Positions 20,050-31,950 are shown, counted from the stretch's first letter. The stretch: DNA of 64,000 nt from an uncultured Parachlamydiaceae bacterium (GCA_963742415.1 CAVULX010000002.1:96001-160000), one strand, 5' to 3'. Notes: generated by a model not told the origin, from the letters alone. Program-made: numbers and translations.

Positions 20050-20387
20050 TTAACTGACAGCAATACAACCTTTACGTCTGAATATTCCAATTCGAGAACG
20101 AGGTTTTTTTACCCGAATTTCTACTTCACATCCTAAAATGGCAAGATAGTGCAATAAGATATCAGTGCTAAAAACGGACAGCCGACCGGAAACCAATAAG
20201 GAAACCTTGGTTGGGTAATTCCTAGTTTTTTAGCTACCTCTTGTTGAGATAAATTACTTGCTTTGATTAAACTTCCAACTTCATGTAAAAGTTTTGCTTT
20301 CGCGAGCAATTCATCCGGCTCGTTTAATCCAAGATCAGCAAAAATATTGCTTGTTGTAACTTCATAGTCTTTGCTTTGTTTACTCAT
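20050..20387 (-). pseudogene. XRE (HTH_37-type) antitoxin, frameshifted near 20205
   Basis: SNIFADLGL..DELLAKAKL..SQQEVAKKLGITQP, continuing in another frame as KVSLLVSGRLSVFSTDILLHYLAILGCEVEIRVK to TAA at 20050. Confidence 0.75.
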
Positions 20388-20470
20388 TGGATTTTCCTCC
20401 ACTACGCTTCCAATTTTTATATAATCCCTCAGCTAATTTAAGCCGCGAACGAATGAGATCCATTTCTTTT
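20380..20470 (-). pseudogene. C-terminal remnant of a RelE/Gp49-like toxin
   Basis: Minus strand reads KKEMDLIRSRLKLAEGLYKNWKRSGGKSNE*, overlapping the antitoxin start; 5' part missing at the ribF repeat. Confidence 0.55.
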
Positions 20471-20511
20471 TTGTTTTACCGGGAGACGAAACGCAAATTC
20501 AAGAACTCTAT

Positions 20512-21468
20512 TCACGATGGCATGCGGGGCCAAAGTTTTAATCGGCCGATGAGCATTTGTTTGGCTGTTCGAATGTCTTTACTAATTTGGGTTTGGAGTT
20601 CTGGAATACTTGCAAACCGAATTTCTGGACGGATAAACTGCACGAAAACAACTTCCATAAAACTGCCATCTTTGATCTCTTCATGGGGATCCAACAGATG
20701 AATTTCAAGCAGAGGGATTTGGTCTTGCCTTACGGTAGGTGCAACCCCTAAGTTAGCAACACCACGCAAAATATTGCCATTTTGAATCACTTTGACAGCA
20801 TATACCCCCAACGGAGGCACGCACAATGTCTCCACATGGCAATTGATCGTAGGGAATCCAATTTTTTTACCCAACCCCTGCCCGCTCTTCACCGGAACAT
20901 ACAAGGAATACTCTCTTCCTAACATTTGACCCACAGCTTGTAAATTTCCTTGCTTGATCAGTTCCCGGATTTTGCTGCTCGACACCTTTTCATTTTCAAC
21001 GACAACTTTATCGAGATAGGTTAAATCGAACTTCATTGTTGCAGCTAGCTTTAACATCGAGCTTTTATCGCCCGTTCGATCCTTTCCCATGGTAGCGTCG
21101 GGACCCAAAATAAGCTGAATAAAAGGGCATTTAGACCGCACTTTTTTTAAAAACTCTTCGGCTGTCTGCAAAGAAAATTCTTTGGTGAAAGTTAATAAAA
21201 TCAGATCATCGATCCCTGCCTCTTCTATTAACTTAAGCCGATGTTCTAAAGTGCACAAAAAAGATAACTTTAGCTCTGGCTTTAAGACCTCCAGAGGATG
21301 GTTGGCAAAGGTGATGACGACAGTAGCTCCTTGCACGGGCCTCATCACTTCTTTAAGCTTGGAGAGAATTGCCTGATGGCCTCGATGAACACCATCAAAA
21401 TTGCCTATAGTAAGTGCAATGTCACTCGCTGCATTCTCATATGTATCTAAATCATAATAAATTTTCAT
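20512..21468 (-). CDS. ribF: bifunctional riboflavin kinase/FAD synthetase
   Basis: IGNFDGVHRGHQ, VSSSKIR, GKKIGFPTIN, FIRPE. Confidence 0.96.
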   Translation of the reverse strand: MKIYYDLDTYENAASDIALTIGNFDGVHRGHQAILSKLKEVMRPVQGATVVITFANHPLEVLKPELKLSFLCTLEHRLKLIEEAGIDDLILLTFTKEFSLQTAEEFLKKVRSKCPFIQLILGPDATMGKDRTGDKSSMLKLAATMKFDLTYLDKVVVENEKVSSSKIRELIKQGNLQAVGQMLGREYSLYVPVKSGQGLGKKIGFPTINCHVETLCVPPLGVYAVKVIQNGNILRGVANLGVAPTVRQDQIPLLEIHLLDPHEEIKDGSFMEVVFVQFIRPEIRFASIPELQTQISKDIRTAKQMLIGRLKLWPRMPS

Positions 21469-22183
21469 GGGCTTGCAAATAAGGGTAAAGGGCTTCTATA
21501 CAAGCATTACGGTCAAATTCTAAAGATTCCAGAGACTTGCCATCAATACAATTTTCCAACCGAAACAACCCGCTGCGCAACCTTTTCAAAGCCGAAAGAT
21601 GCGCTCCGCAAGTTAACACCTCTCCGAGATCATAAGCTAAACTGCGGATATACGTGCCTTTGCTGCACGTGACTTTCAAATATAAGTCTGGATACTCGTA
21701 GCTGATGACTTGAATTTGAAGGGAAACTTTAACAGGTTTTCTTTCGACCGTTTGCCCCTTTCTGGCCAATTCATAAAGCTTCTTGCCATTTATTTTTTTG
21801 GCCGAAAACATCGGAGGGACTTGCTCGATTTCCCCTTGAAATTGTTTTACAGCCTCCTCAATATTTTCTCTGGTAGGGATAAAATCATTAGAACGCACCG
21901 TTTTCCCATCACAATCATAGGTGTCTGTAACGATTCCGAGACGAATATTGGCTGCATATTCTTTGTCCTGGCAAAGAAAACGATCTGAAAGGCGAGTATA
22001 CCTCTTGCCGATCAAAAGGACCATGACTCCGGTCGCGAAAGGATCGAGTGTGCCGGCATGCCCAATTGTCCTTATATTTATTCTTTTGCGTAGAGCTGCA
22101 ATAAGGCTAAAAGCTGTTTTGCCTGAGGGCTTATCGACAAGAAGGATTCCTTCCACTTCTTGCCCATTGCTATATGTCCCCAT
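21452..22183 (-). CDS. truB: tRNA pseudouridine(55) synthase
   Basis: GILLVDKP, GHAGTLDPFATG, CSKGTYIRSLA; ATG at 22183 preferred. Confidence 0.96.
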   Translation of the reverse strand: MGTYSNGQEVEGILLVDKPSGKTAFSLIAALRKRINIRTIGHAGTLDPFATGVMVLLIGKRYTRLSDRFLCQDKEYAANIRLGIVTDTYDCDGKTVRSNDFIPTRENIEEAVKQFQGEIEQVPPMFSAKKINGKKLYELARKGQTVERKPVKVSLQIQVISYEYPDLYLKVTCSKGTYIRSLAYDLGEVLTCGAHLSALKRLRSGLFRLENCIDGKSLESLEFDRNACIEALYPYLQAHENLL

Positions 22184-22568
22184 CTGTTTCCTGCACACTG
22201 CTTTCGCGCGAATTACGTTCGGCTGAGATATCCCCTAACAACTTCTGAATACGCATATGTTTTTCGACACTATCATCCAGCTTAAAGGTCAATTCGGGAA
22301 AATAGCGGAGCACAACTTTTTTTGAAGAATGGATAGCAATAAATCCGGCTGCCGTTTGCAAAGCCGCAATCGTTTCCTGCTTGTCTTCATCGGTGCCAAT
22401 AACACTAATGTAAACTTTAGCATGATGGAGATCCTTGGTAATGTCTACCCTTGTGACAGTCACTAATTGATTCACATGGGGGTTTCTGACATCCTTACGG
22501 ATGACTTCTGAGATAACCTCTTTCAGCAAAGAGTTTAATCGATCTGTACGCTGCCGTTGTCCTGCCAT
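22170..22568 (-). CDS. rbfA: ribosome-binding factor A
   Basis: VTVTRVDITKDLHHAKVY, LRYFPELTFKLDDS; operon position. Confidence 0.96.
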   Translation of the reverse strand: MAGQRQRTDRLNSLLKEVISEVIRKDVRNPHVNQLVTVTRVDITKDLHHAKVYISVIGTDEDKQETIAALQTAAGFIAIHSSKKVVLRYFPELTFKLDDSVEKHMRIQKLLGDISAERNSRESSVQETDGDI

Positions 22569-22574
22569 AAAATC

Positions 22575-25388
22575 TTATAATTCTTGAGTAATATAGGTAA
22601 CTTCATAAGCTTCTAAAATATCCCCTTCCTGCAAGGCATTAAAGCCAGACAGAAGGATTCCACATTCAAGCCCCTTTTGCACTTCCCGAACGTCCTCTTT
22701 GACCCGTTTAAGGGAAGCGATCGATCCCTTCCAGAAAACTTCACCATTCCGTTTAGCCCGAATTTGATAATTGCGATTAATGAGCCCTTCAGTCACTAGG
22801 CATCCAGCAATTGTCCCCACCTGAGAAGATTTAAACAACGCTTTAACTTCAGCTTTTCCTTTCTCTGTTTCAATCGCAATCTTGTCAAGCAATGCAACCA
22901 TGATACTTTTGACATCATCAATTGCATGGTAAATAATGTCATGGAGTCGAACTTGCACTCCATATTGTTTGACAAGCATGTCTGTATGGCTTTCAATCGC
23001 TGTATGAAAACCGAGGATGACGGCTTTGGAAGCTGCAGCTAGCTGGACATCAGATTCTGTGACTTCACCCACGCCTGCAAAAATGATGCTCAATTCCGCT
23101 TTGTCAGATTGAATCTTTTCAAGAGCTGTCTTGAGGGCTTCCAGAGATCCTTGAACGTCTGCTCGAAGGACAAGGTTTAAAACTTTCTTAACTGCCGCAG
23201 AAGTTTGCTGCAAAAGGCCTTCCGCTGAAATTTTCTTTTTCTGCTGTAAAGCAAACTGGCGCAAATCTTGCTTCCGCCCTTCCGCTATCTCACGGGCTTC
23301 TCTTTCCGATTTAACAACAATGAACTCCTGTCCCGCATCGGGTAAACCTGAAAGGCCCGTAATCTCTACAGGGGTTGAAGGACCGGCTTCAGTTAATTCG
23401 ATGCCAAACTCATCTCTCATCGTTTTCACACGGCACCACATATTGCCGAAAACAAGGGCATCTCCCATCTTTAACGTTCCGTTTTGCACTAACACTGTAG
23501 CAACAGCCCCCATCCCTTTGTGCATTTCAGATTCTAAAACAGTTCCGCGGGCACGCGCACTTCTGCTAGCTTTCAATTCAAGAACTTCCGCTTGCAAGGC
23601 TAACATTTCCAGAAGCTGTGAAATCCCTTCTCCTGTCACAGCAGAACAGTTCACGCAAATGGTTTGACCTCCCCACGATTCCGGTAGCAATTCATGCTCA
23701 GCCAGCTGCCTGTATACATTTTCAGCATTGAAATTGGGCTTGTCACACTTGTTCAAGGCAACAACAATGGTGACATTTGCCGATTTGGCATGTTGAATGG
23801 CTTCTTCAGTTTGCTGCCGAATCCCTTCGTCACCGGCAATGACCAAAACAACAATATCGGTAACATCAGCGCCCCGTGCGCGCATGGCAGAAAAAGCTTC
23901 GTGACCAGGTGTATCCAAAATGGCGATGTCGCCGACGGGAGTGTGGCAGCAAAAGGCGCCGATATGTTGTGTGATAGCTCCCGCTTCTCCGGCAGCTCGA
24001 TTGCTTTTGCGGATGGCATCAATCAAACTCGTTTTACCATGATCCACATGCCCCATAAATGTGACCACAGGGGGGCGGATAGTAAGCAAAGAGAGGTCTG
24101 TTGCCTGGATTTCCTCTTTAATGCTTTTATCGGTAATCCGCAGCCGTTCTTCTTCCGATGTATCGACCGCGATTTCACATCCAAACTCCTGACCTAATAA
24201 CTGCACCACCGTTTCATCTTCCAACAAATCGTTGAGGGTCACTACCATCCCTTGCAAAAATAATTTCTGGATAAGTTGGGAAGATTTTAATTTCATTTCA
24301 ACAGCCAAGTCTTTGATCATGATGGGGAGACGCACTTTAAGGGCGTTCGGGCGGATTGTGGTATCTTCTTGAACATACCTCACTTTACTTTTCTTTTTAC
24401 GCCAAACGCGGACTTCCTCCTCCCCTTGCCGTAAACCATGCCGATCTCGAGCATCAAAACTTTTCTGCAACTCTTGCCTCTTCGCAGGCTTAATATCTCG
24501 AAATTCTTTAAATTTAGAGGTTTTAGCGGCTTTTTTAGCTTCTGCTTCTTCCCCAGTAAGCGCCTCATGTACCCCCTCCTCTTTCCCACGACCACGCTGC
24601 TTGACTTTTCCTTTTTCTTTGGAGGTTTCAACAGTAGTCTGCGCATTGGCAACTTTGGGCGGGGCTTCCGCCGTTTTTTGCTTTTCAGGCATTTTCTCTT
24701 GAACAGGTTCTCGCGCAACTATCGGTGCTGGTTTTGGTTTTGAGGGCAAGAGATCATTAATATGCTTCCCTGTAGGGCCTAATTTGATTGTTTCTTTGCC
24801 TAGTTCCCTAGTGGGTGAAGCGGCTGCCTCGCTTGCAGTCGAAAAGGCTCCCCCCTTGCCATCTGTCTGAAGCTCCAAAGGGCTTTTTTCATGCTGCCCG
24901 GTCTCTTTTTCTGGATGCGGGGCGCCTTCACTTTCGGAAAAAAGTTTAGCCTTTCGTTTTATTTCTGCAGCCTTAATCGCTTCGGCTTGTTCAACGATCT
25001 CTTCGGCAAAAATCTCTTGGCGCAATTCTTCACTGGTCTTTTGACGGAAAATCCCCTCTTCTCCGCGGATGGCTTCCTCGGCCTTAAATAAATGTGGAGC
25101 TTCTTGTTCTGGAAGGTGAAGAGCCTTATGTTTGGCTTCAGGAATACCCCCTTCTGCAAAAGCCGATTTTGAACGGGCCCGTATTCTAGGGGCTTCTTCA
25201 GAAGCTGGGGGCTGAACAGCACTAAGGGGTGGAGTGCGCTTTCCTTCTTTGCTTGGTGGAGCTTCCTCTTCCGTTTTACCCTTCTCGGCATCTTCTTTAT
25301 TTTTGGCAAGTTTGCCCTTTATTTTACCGAGATTGATCGCTTCAGCAATTTGAGTGTTTTTAATGTTAATTTTAAGATTTTTAGCCAA
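22575..25388 (-). CDS. infB: translation initiation factor IF-2
   Basis: [29 protein letters not shown]. Confidence 0.98.
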   Translation of the reverse strand: MAKNLKINIKNTQIAEAINLGKIKGKLAKNKEDAEKGKTEEEAPPSKEGKRTPPLSAVQPPASEEAPRIRARSKSAFAEGGIPEAKHKALHLPEQEAPHLFKAEEAIRGEEGIFRQKTSEELRQEIFAEEIVEQAEAIKAAEIKRKAKLFSESEGAPHPEKETGQHEKSPLELQTDGKGGAFSTASEAAASPTRELGKETIKLGPTGKHINDLLPSKPKPAPIVAREPVQEKMPEKQKTAEAPPKVANAQTTVETSKEKGKVKQRGRGKEEGVHEALTGEEAEAKKAAKTSKFKEFRDIKPAKRQELQKSFDARDRHGLRQGEEEVRVWRKKKSKVRYVQEDTTIRPNALKVRLPIMIKDLAVEMKLKSSQLIQKLFLQGMVVTLNDLLEDETVVQLLGQEFGCEIAVDTSEEERLRITDKSIKEEIQATDLSLLTIRPPVVTFMGHVDHGKTSLIDAIRKSNRAAGEAGAITQHIGAFCCHTPVGDIAILDTPGHEAFSAMRARGADVTDIVVLVIAGDEGIRQQTEEAIQHAKSANVTIVVALNKCDKPNFNAENVYRQLAEHELLPESWGGQTICVNCSAVTGEGISQLLEMLALQAEVLELKASRSARARGTVLESEMHKGMGAVATVLVQNGTLKMGDALVFGNMWCRVKTMRDEFGIELTEAGPSTPVEITGLSGLPDAGQEFIVVKSEREAREIAEGRKQDLRQFALQQKKKISAEGLLQQTSAAVKKVLNLVLRADVQGSLEALKTALEKIQSDKAELSIIFAGVGEVTESDVQLAAASKAVILGFHTAIESHTDMLVKQYGVQVRLHDIIYHAIDDVKSIMVALLDKIAIETEKGKAEVKALFKSSQVGTIAGCLVTEGLINRNYQIRAKRNGEVFWKGSIASLKRVKEDVREVQKGLECGILLSGFNALQEGDILEAYEVTYITQEL

Positions 25389-25392
25389 AGCG

Positions 25393-26664
25393 TTACATCC
25401 TTTGTTTTCTAATTTGTTCTATAATTTTTTCAGCCTTTTCCAAGCTAATTCCAGGAATTTCAGCGAGTTGCTCGGGTGTTGTCGTTAATAGGCTGCGCGG
25501 GGTGTTGAGATTTTTTTCCACCAGCAGCTCAAATATTAAGTTGTTAACTCCTTCAATCCCTTCCAATGGCTGATCTAAAGTGAGATCCTCCATCGCTGCC
25601 AACTCGCTGCGCTGCAAAGCCATCGTGCGATTGTAATCTGTCATCTTTTGAACTTCTAGCTCATAACCAATCAGCTGACTATTCAGCCGAGCATTCATCC
25701 CTTTCTTGCCTATCACGGCTGCAAAATCATCATCATCTACAACGATCGAAATTGTGCCATCCTCTTCGTTGCTAATTTTGCGAATTTCAATGGGAGAAAG
25801 AGCATTTTGAAGCAGTTCGACAGGGTCTGCCGAAAAAGGAATGATATCGATTTTTTCATTATGAAGTTCTCTGACAACGTTTTTAACCCTGTTACCTCGC
25901 ATCCCTACGCAGGCTCCAACAGGATCCACTTTTGGATCCGTTGAGCGCACTGTCAGTTTGGTACGGTAGCCAGCTTCCCTGACGATTTTGTCGATGATCA
26001 CAATCCCATCGTTAATTTCAGGAACTTCTTGGATCATCAGCTGCTTGACAAATTCTGGATGGCTTCGAGATAAGACCACTTCAGCGCCGCCATTTTCGGT
26101 ATCATTGACTTCATACAGGAGGGCTAAAACTTTTTCACCGACATGATATTTTTCTGTTTTAGGATAGTATTTCATCGGCAGAATCGCTTCGACCTTGCCC
26201 AAGTCAACGATCAGATTAGCCCCACGGACAAAACGTTTGACTGTTCCGGAAATGAGTTCATTAATCCGATGGCGGTATTCTTCATAAATAACATCCCGTT
26301 CAGCACCCCGTAGTTTTTGTGTGATAATTTGACGCGCTTTTTGTGCAGCAATACGTCCAAAATCTTTCGGTGTTACGATGACATCAATGAATTGCCCAAG
26401 TTGAGCTTCGGGATCGATCTCCCGTGCCTCTTCCAGCAAGATTTCTTGAGCAGCCACTTCTACATCTTCGACAATTTCTTTTTCGCAGAAAACATCGATA
26501 TTTCCTGTTTTAGGATTAATGGTCACAGTGACATTCGACGCACCGGTAATGCTTTTCCGGGCGGCTGCACGAAGCGATTCTTCGATCGCGCTGATCACTA
26601 CTTCCCGTTTAATCCCTTTTTCACGCTCTAAGTATTCAAAGACGGCTATGAGATCTTTATTCAT
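25393..26664 (-). CDS. nusA: transcription termination factor NusA
   Basis: [32 protein letters not shown]. Confidence 0.98.
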   Translation of the reverse strand: MNKDLIAVFEYLEREKGIKREVVISAIEESLRAAARKSITGASNVTVTINPKTGNIDVFCEKEIVEDVEVAAQEILLEEAREIDPEAQLGQFIDVIVTPKDFGRIAAQKARQIITQKLRGAERDVIYEEYRHRINELISGTVKRFVRGANLIVDLGKVEAILPMKYYPKTEKYHVGEKVLALLYEVNDTENGGAEVVLSRSHPEFVKQLMIQEVPEINDGIVIIDKIVREAGYRTKLTVRSTDPKVDPVGACVGMRGNRVKNVVRELHNEKIDIIPFSADPVELLQNALSPIEIRKISNEEDGTISIVVDDDDFAAVIGKKGMNARLNSQLIGYELEVQKMTDYNRTMALQRSELAAMEDLTLDQPLEGIEGVNNLIFELLVEKNLNTPRSLLTTTPEQLAEIPGISLEKAEKIIEQIRKQRM

Positions 26665-26730
26665 TTAATATGCCTCAATAAAACTTGTACAAAATTACAT
26701 TTGTGCCTTGCGGGCAATGATGATGCAAGA

Positions 26731-28503
26731 TTATAAGATATCGTCTTCTTCCTCTTCCCGCTTTTTATCTTTCCCTTTTTCCTTGTCTTTTCCTTCATCC
26801 TTTTTCTTTCGCTTTTGCGCTGTGACAACGATATCATCACGGTTTACTTGATTTTGATCAATTAGGTATTCCTTAATCGAAAGAGCAATTTTCTTATGCT
26901 CAGGATCGAGCTTAATCACTTTTGCTGTGACTTCGTCCCCTTTGGAAACAACATCTTCAACTTTACCAAAGGCTTGATCGGACAGTTCGGTCACATGGAT
27001 CAATCCTTCAATGCCGCTTTCCAATTCAACAAAAGCCCCAAAAGCGGTGATTTTAGTCACTTTACCTTTGACGAGGGATCCGACCGGCATGGTCTTTTCA
27101 ATTGTTTCCCATGGATTTTGGCTCAATTGCTTCACTCCAAGAGTGATTTTTTTGCTCTCTTTGTCTACAGAGAGGATCACGGCATCGACGATATCCCCTT
27201 TGCGCAAGACTTCTGAAGGATGGGAGACTTTCTTGATCCAGCTCAGATCGGAGATATGGATCAGCCCTTCAACACCAGGTTCAAGTTCAACAAAAGCGCC
27301 ATAGTTGGTCAAGCTTTTGATTTCTGCTTTTACACTGCTGCCCACCGGATATTTTTCTTCTACATCATCCCAAGGATTATGTTCAGCTTGCTTTAAGCCT
27401 AAAGAGATTTTTCCTTCTTCTTTTTGGACAGAAAGAACAATGGCTTCAACTTCATCGCCTTTTTTGACAACTTCGCTTGGATCTGTGACGTTTTTCACCC
27501 AAGACATTTCTGAAACGTGGATCAACCCTTCGATGCCGGGTTCAATTTCAATGAAGGCGCCATAAGGCAGCAGATTGACAATTTTGCCTTTGACACGTGT
27601 TCCAGGAGGATATTTTTGTTCGATTTGATCCCATGGATTGGTTTCTTTTTGCTTCAGGCCTAGAGCCACACGTCCTTTTTCTTTGTCGATGCTGAGGATC
27701 ATCACTTCGAGTTTTTGACCCAGGCTGACCATTTCGGAAGGATGCTTGATCCGCTTCCATGTCATGTCGGTGATATGGAGCAGGCCATCGATGCCATCTA
27801 AGTCGAGGAAGACGCCGAAGTCTGTGATGTTTTTGACAACACCTTCGCGAACATCTCCTACTTTGATATTTTCCAGCACTTCGGCTTTCTTGGAGATTCG
27901 TTCAGCTTCTAGAAGTTCGCGGCGTGAAACGACGACATTTTTTCGGTCGATATTGATTTTAAGAATCTTAAATTCATAGGTCTTATCAATGTAGTCATCG
28001 AGATTTTTGATTCGCTTATTGTCGATCTGAGAACCAGGCAGGAAGGCTTCCATCCCGATATCGACCATCAAGCCGCCTTTGACTTTGCGCATGACGCGCC
28101 CTTTGACAATCGAGCCTTCTTCGCAATGCTCGAGGATATATTCCCATTGGCGCAGTCGTTCCGCTTTTTCGCGGGAGAGGACGATTTGACCATTATCATC
28201 TTCGGGTTGATCAAGGAGGACTTCGACTTCTCCATCTAGAACAACGTAAGAAGGATCGGAAAATTCTGCGATCGGCACGAGACCTTCTGATTTAAGGCCC
28301 ACATCGACGACGACGTGATCTTTTGTGATTTCTACAATTCTTCCTTTCAGAATCGTTCCGGGAATCGGTGCGGGAATCTCGGCTGTTAATGTTTTTTCTT
28401 CTTTATTCAAAAGACTTTTAAATAGTTCGGCATCTTGCTCTTGAAATGCAACATCATCGACGATATTCTCTTCATTCCAAGAATGTTGTGGGTTATTAGA
28501 CAT
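26731..28503 (-). CDS. rpsA: 30S ribosomal protein S1
   Basis: Multiple S1 repeats ([21 protein letters not shown]). Confidence 0.98.
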   Translation of the reverse strand: MSNNPQHSWNEENIVDDVAFQEQDAELFKSLLNKEEKTLTAEIPAPIPGTILKGRIVEITKDHVVVDVGLKSEGLVPIAEFSDPSYVVLDGEVEVLLDQPEDDNGQIVLSREKAERLRQWEYILEHCEEGSIVKGRVMRKVKGGLMVDIGMEAFLPGSQIDNKRIKNLDDYIDKTYEFKILKINIDRKNVVVSRRELLEAERISKKAEVLENIKVGDVREGVVKNITDFGVFLDLDGIDGLLHITDMTWKRIKHPSEMVSLGQKLEVMILSIDKEKGRVALGLKQKETNPWDQIEQKYPPGTRVKGKIVNLLPYGAFIEIEPGIEGLIHVSEMSWVKNVTDPSEVVKKGDEVEAIVLSVQKEEGKISLGLKQAEHNPWDDVEEKYPVGSSVKAEIKSLTNYGAFVELEPGVEGLIHISDLSWIKKVSHPSEVLRKGDIVDAVILSVDKESKKITLGVKQLSQNPWETIEKTMPVGSLVKGKVTKITAFGAFVELESGIEGLIHVTELSDQAFGKVEDVVSKGDEVTAKVIKLDPEHKKIALSIKEYLIDQNQVNRDDIVVTAQKRKKKDEGKDKEKGKDKKREEEEDDIL

Positions 28504-28727
28504 TTAAAGGTTTCTCCTTATTTTCTTGCTAAAGCAGCAAGCATAACAGAGAAAAAGAAAACTGAAAAGAAAAAAGATCTTGCTAAAAAGGAGCAAAAAA
28601 AGGAATTTCCTATTAGAGGCAATCAATTTCTAAAAAGCATCTCCAAATCCAATTTTTGACAAGCATTTGTTGCTAAATCGAATAGATTGCTGAGGTATCA
28701 AGAAAAATAGATTTAATAAAGGGGGAT

Positions 28728-30680
28728 TTGATGTACTCTTCTTTCCCTGATAGTCAATGTTTTGCTTGGCCTCGGTCTCTTGAATCTCCGGTTTTTGGCT
28801 TACCTGCAAATGATGGATCTTCCACTGTATCGGCCATCAACGACGACTTATCAAAGCTTAAGAAAAACTTGCAAAATCCTCTACGTGATTGTCTTTTTCG
28901 ATTTATAAACGCACGAGAGGAAACCCGAAATATCGGTCAAACCCTGACCTCCGTCATCTACATTTTGAAACAAAATTCAGCGATACCGGAAGAACTCCCC
29001 TCGGTAAAAAAAGTCCTTGATTCCTTCCAAACATTCTTGTTTGACTTTAATCCTTCCTATGGGCAAGGGGATAACTTCTATATCTCTAGCTTGCTGAAAG
29101 AGATCTCTCAACGCCTTTTGCTATCCTTAGCCGATGATCCTAAAATCGATTGTGAAACATTTCAAGCTTCTTTTGATTATTTTGCACAAATCCTCAGTTT
29201 CCTAACTGATGAAAACAAGCCTTCTACACACACCTGGAATTTTACTTGGCACATTCTTTATCGGACGAAAAACGACAGTATTTTTATTTGGCTTTTTACA
29301 AACATTTTTCACCTCTCAGAAGATCTGGCCCAACCTATCTTTCCGAGAATATTTGAAGAGCTAATTATTAAGGCTTTACAAAATATAAACATCAAATATT
29401 CTGTTGCACTTCATTGCATTAAACATGTGATCAACAGCTTTCAAGTAGCACCGGAAAGTGGCGAGAAATTTCTCTCCTTTCTCTTGAAATTAGGTTCAAA
29501 GCTTTCCTCTTTAACCAAAGAAGAGGCCGTTGCAACCCTCGAATTGATTTATCGCCGAGGGCTATTGAATGATCCATCGTCTTTTATTAACCTGCATCGA
29601 AATGTATGTATGAAATTTTTAATTGTCCCTATCGACATTAAGACCAATTTGATTCCTTTAAATGTAAAACATTCCTCACCAGAAGCTATCATTGAACATT
29701 ACTTCGGAACTTTAAGATCTTTGCAAAATAAAACAATCAACTTCTTAAAAAAAAAACCCGCCAATCTGCAGATTTCTTTAACACATCAATCCCTTTGTTC
29801 TTTTAATTCAGCTTCAAAGCATTTAGAAAAATTGTGGTATGCAGCCCAAAATAAGCAAACAGCACTCCAGAAGTCTAATACCCGGACACTAGAAATAGAT
29901 GGCAAAAGCATGAAGAAAGTTAGGTTTGTAGATATGCCTTTAGAACTACTCTTCAAAGCTGATCCTATTCGGCTGCCGATTGAAGCAACTTTTGAAGAAT
30001 TAGCAAAAGCGATTAAATTTCAAAAAAAAATATTAACTTCAGAATTTCTTAGTTTGTTTTCAAGTTTGTATAAAACTACAGTAAAACTCGTGGATCCTAC
30101 TGCATCAAAAAAAATGCCCTGGATGGATTTCTGGCTTTTCTTCAAAAATTCTATAATATTTTATGAGGATTTACGTTTCTTGTTGGAGAATAACGAACAA
30201 CTTTTCGGAGCAATAGAAAAGGCCCCCCCCCCTAATAAAGAACCTACTTCTAATTCAATCAGAACAGAACAAAGACTTTTGAAACTGCAAATACAAACCA
30301 TGAAAGAGGATTGGGAACCCAAGTTAGTCAGTAAGAGCAAAAAAGAGCTTATCAACATTTTTTGCTCGTTCCACATCTCTAGAATGAGCGGAACCGTGAC
30401 AGATCAAACTCGCTCTGCTTTAGAAAAAAGAGGAAAATGCCTTGTACAACAAATAGGGGAATTTGAATTAGCTTTTAAAGATAAAGATCCAAAATATTCG
30501 GAAACAAATTTCTATCAAAAAGAGGTATTAACCTCTCTTCGGTGCGGACTCGATGAATGGCAAACAGATTTGATTGATGATGAAGCCAGTCTAAAAAATA
30601 TGGCACAGAAGCTCGAACCCACCTACGGGCATGAGATCATTTCAAGCTTATTGCCTTTAACGGCGGTACATTACTTTTGA
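28728..30680 (+). CDS. hypothetical helical protein (650 aa)
   Basis: Long ORF with no recognised motif. Confidence 0.75.
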   Translation: MMYSSFPDSQCFAWPRSLESPVFGLPANDGSSTVSAINDDLSKLKKNLQNPLRDCLFRFINAREETRNIGQTLTSVIYILKQNSAIPEELPSVKKVLDSFQTFLFDFNPSYGQGDNFYISSLLKEISQRLLLSLADDPKIDCETFQASFDYFAQILSFLTDENKPSTHTWNFTWHILYRTKNDSIFIWLFTNIFHLSEDLAQPIFPRIFEELIIKALQNINIKYSVALHCIKHVINSFQVAPESGEKFLSFLLKLGSKLSSLTKEEAVATLELIYRRGLLNDPSSFINLHRNVCMKFLIVPIDIKTNLIPLNVKHSSPEAIIEHYFGTLRSLQNKTINFLKKKPANLQISLTHQSLCSFNSASKHLEKLWYAAQNKQTALQKSNTRTLEIDGKSMKKVRFVDMPLELLFKADPIRLPIEATFEELAKAIKFQKKILTSEFLSLFSSLYKTTVKLVDPTASKKMPWMDFWLFFKNSIIFYEDLRFLLENNEQLFGAIEKAPPPNKEPTSNSIRTEQRLLKLQIQTMKEDWEPKLVSKSKKELINIFCSFHISRMSGTVTDQTRSALEKRGKCLVQQIGEFELAFKDKDPKYSETNFYQKEVLTSLRCGLDEWQTDLIDDEASLKNMAQKLEPTYGHEIISSLLPLTAVHYF

Positions 30681-31022
30681 TGTCGCGGTCTCATAGATAG
30701 TGACCGCATACAAACCGGGAAGAAGAGGCTCCAAATAATCAAATATCCATTTAGCAATAAATTCTGCTGTCGGGGTGTCATTGTTCAAAGAATCGTTAAG
30801 CCATTTATGATCAAAATATTGATCAATCATCGGCTTAACTATTGTGTTCACGTCTTGGAAATCGATGACCATATTTTTTTTGGGACCTGTAGCGATCAGA
30901 TGGGGCGTCGCAAGATGAACAATTAATTGATAGGAATGCCCATGCGGAATGCTGCATTTGCCATCATGATTAAGAAGAACGTGACCCGCTTCAAAACTGA
31001 AAGACTTTTCAAGTTCAAACAT
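30657..31022 (-). CDS. queD: 6-carboxytetrahydropterin synthase / PTPS
   Basis: FEAGH, CSIPHGHSY, DHKWLND, PTAEFIA, ET. Confidence 0.9.
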   Translation of the reverse strand: MFELEKSFSFEAGHVLLNHDGKCSIPHGHSYQLIVHLATPHLIATGPKKNMVIDFQDVNTIVKPMIDQYFDHKWLNDSLNNDTPTAEFIAKWIFDYLEPLLPGLYAVTIYETATSKVMYRR

Positions 31023-31105
31023 CGCTTTCCTAAATCGAACTTTGGGTTGCCATCGCTTGTAATCCGTGGTAATCTTCTCATAAACGAGCTTATTTAGTCA
31101 AAGAA

Positions 31106-31909
31106 ATGCCTTCATCCCCTAAAACACTGATCCTCAAATTTGGCGGCGCTTCTGTTGCCACCCCTGCCCATTTTTCAAATATCGCTAACATCGTTTTGGC
31201 CCGCAGGCAACATTATCCACACATTGGGGTTGTAGTAAGCGCCATGGGAAACACCACAGATCAACTCATTGCCTTAGCCAAAGAAGTTCATCCCAATCCC
31301 CCCCGCCGGGAGTACGATATGCTTGTCTCCGTAGGTGAACGGATCAGCATTTCCCTTTTAGCGATGGCTCTCGCAGCTCATGGACATGAGGCTGTCAGCT
31401 TTACCGGCAGCCAGTCAGGCATCATCACATGCAATCGGCACACCGATGCAAAAATTATGGATGTCCGCCCCTATCGGCTCATACCCCACCTTGAGGCCGG
31501 CCGCATTGTCATCGTCGCCGGATTTCAAGGGGTCAGTAAAAGCGGCGAAATCACTACCCTAGGCCGCGGTGGTTCTGATACCAGCGCTGTGGCTCTTGGA
31601 ATAGCTTTAAAAGCGGAAATAGTTGAATTTTATAAAGATGTCGAGGGGATATATTCTGAAGATCCCAAAATGAACCCTGAAGCAGCTTTGCAGGATGAAT
31701 TGAGCTATGATGAAGCCTTAGCTATCACAACTGCCGGAGCCAAAGTTCTCCATCCCAGAAGCATCCAATTGGCAAAACGAAATGGAATTCCCCTCTGTGT
31801 TCGCTCTTTCAAACCAAACAATGTCGAAACTAACGCATTGACGGGTACTCTTATTCATAGCAAGTCTGATACCTCCTGCTCTTCTCCCGCTGTTTACGAA
31901 AATGAATAA
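31106..31909 (+). CDS. lysC: aspartate kinase, catalytic domain only (no ACT domains)
   Basis: KFGGASV, VVVSAMG, TTLGRGGSDTSAVALG, GAKVLHPR; ends at 267 aa. Confidence 0.88.
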   Translation: MPSSPKTLILKFGGASVATPAHFSNIANIVLARRQHYPHIGVVVSAMGNTTDQLIALAKEVHPNPPRREYDMLVSVGERISISLLAMALAAHGHEAVSFTGSQSGIITCNRHTDAKIMDVRPYRLIPHLEAGRIVIVAGFQGVSKSGEITTLGRGGSDTSAVALGIALKAEIVEFYKDVEGIYSEDPKMNPEAALQDELSYDEALAITTAGAKVLHPRSIQLAKRNGIPLCVRSFKPNNVETNALTGTLIHSKSDTSCSSPAVYENE

Positions 31910-31949
31910 AAAAAACAGGATGGGCAGGCATGCCCATCCTGTTTTTTTT
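31908..31949. terminator. bidirectional intrinsic terminator
   Basis: A8-CAGGATGGGCA-GGCA-TGCCCATCCTG-T8 between convergent lysC and rnhB. Confidence 0.92.
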
Positions 31950-31950
31950 G

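Larger units (their letters stand above)
17807..20136 (+). pseudogene. hypothetical gene interrupted by IS607 copy 2
   Basis: ATG 17807 to AAA GGG (17887) joins in frame to TGT GAA CGT (19741) and stays open to 20136. Confidence 0.75.

Noticed and set aside
22796-28659. Numerous short antisense or alternate-frame ORFs inside infB, nusA, rpsA and other long genes
   Set aside because: Shadow ORFs of well-supported genes
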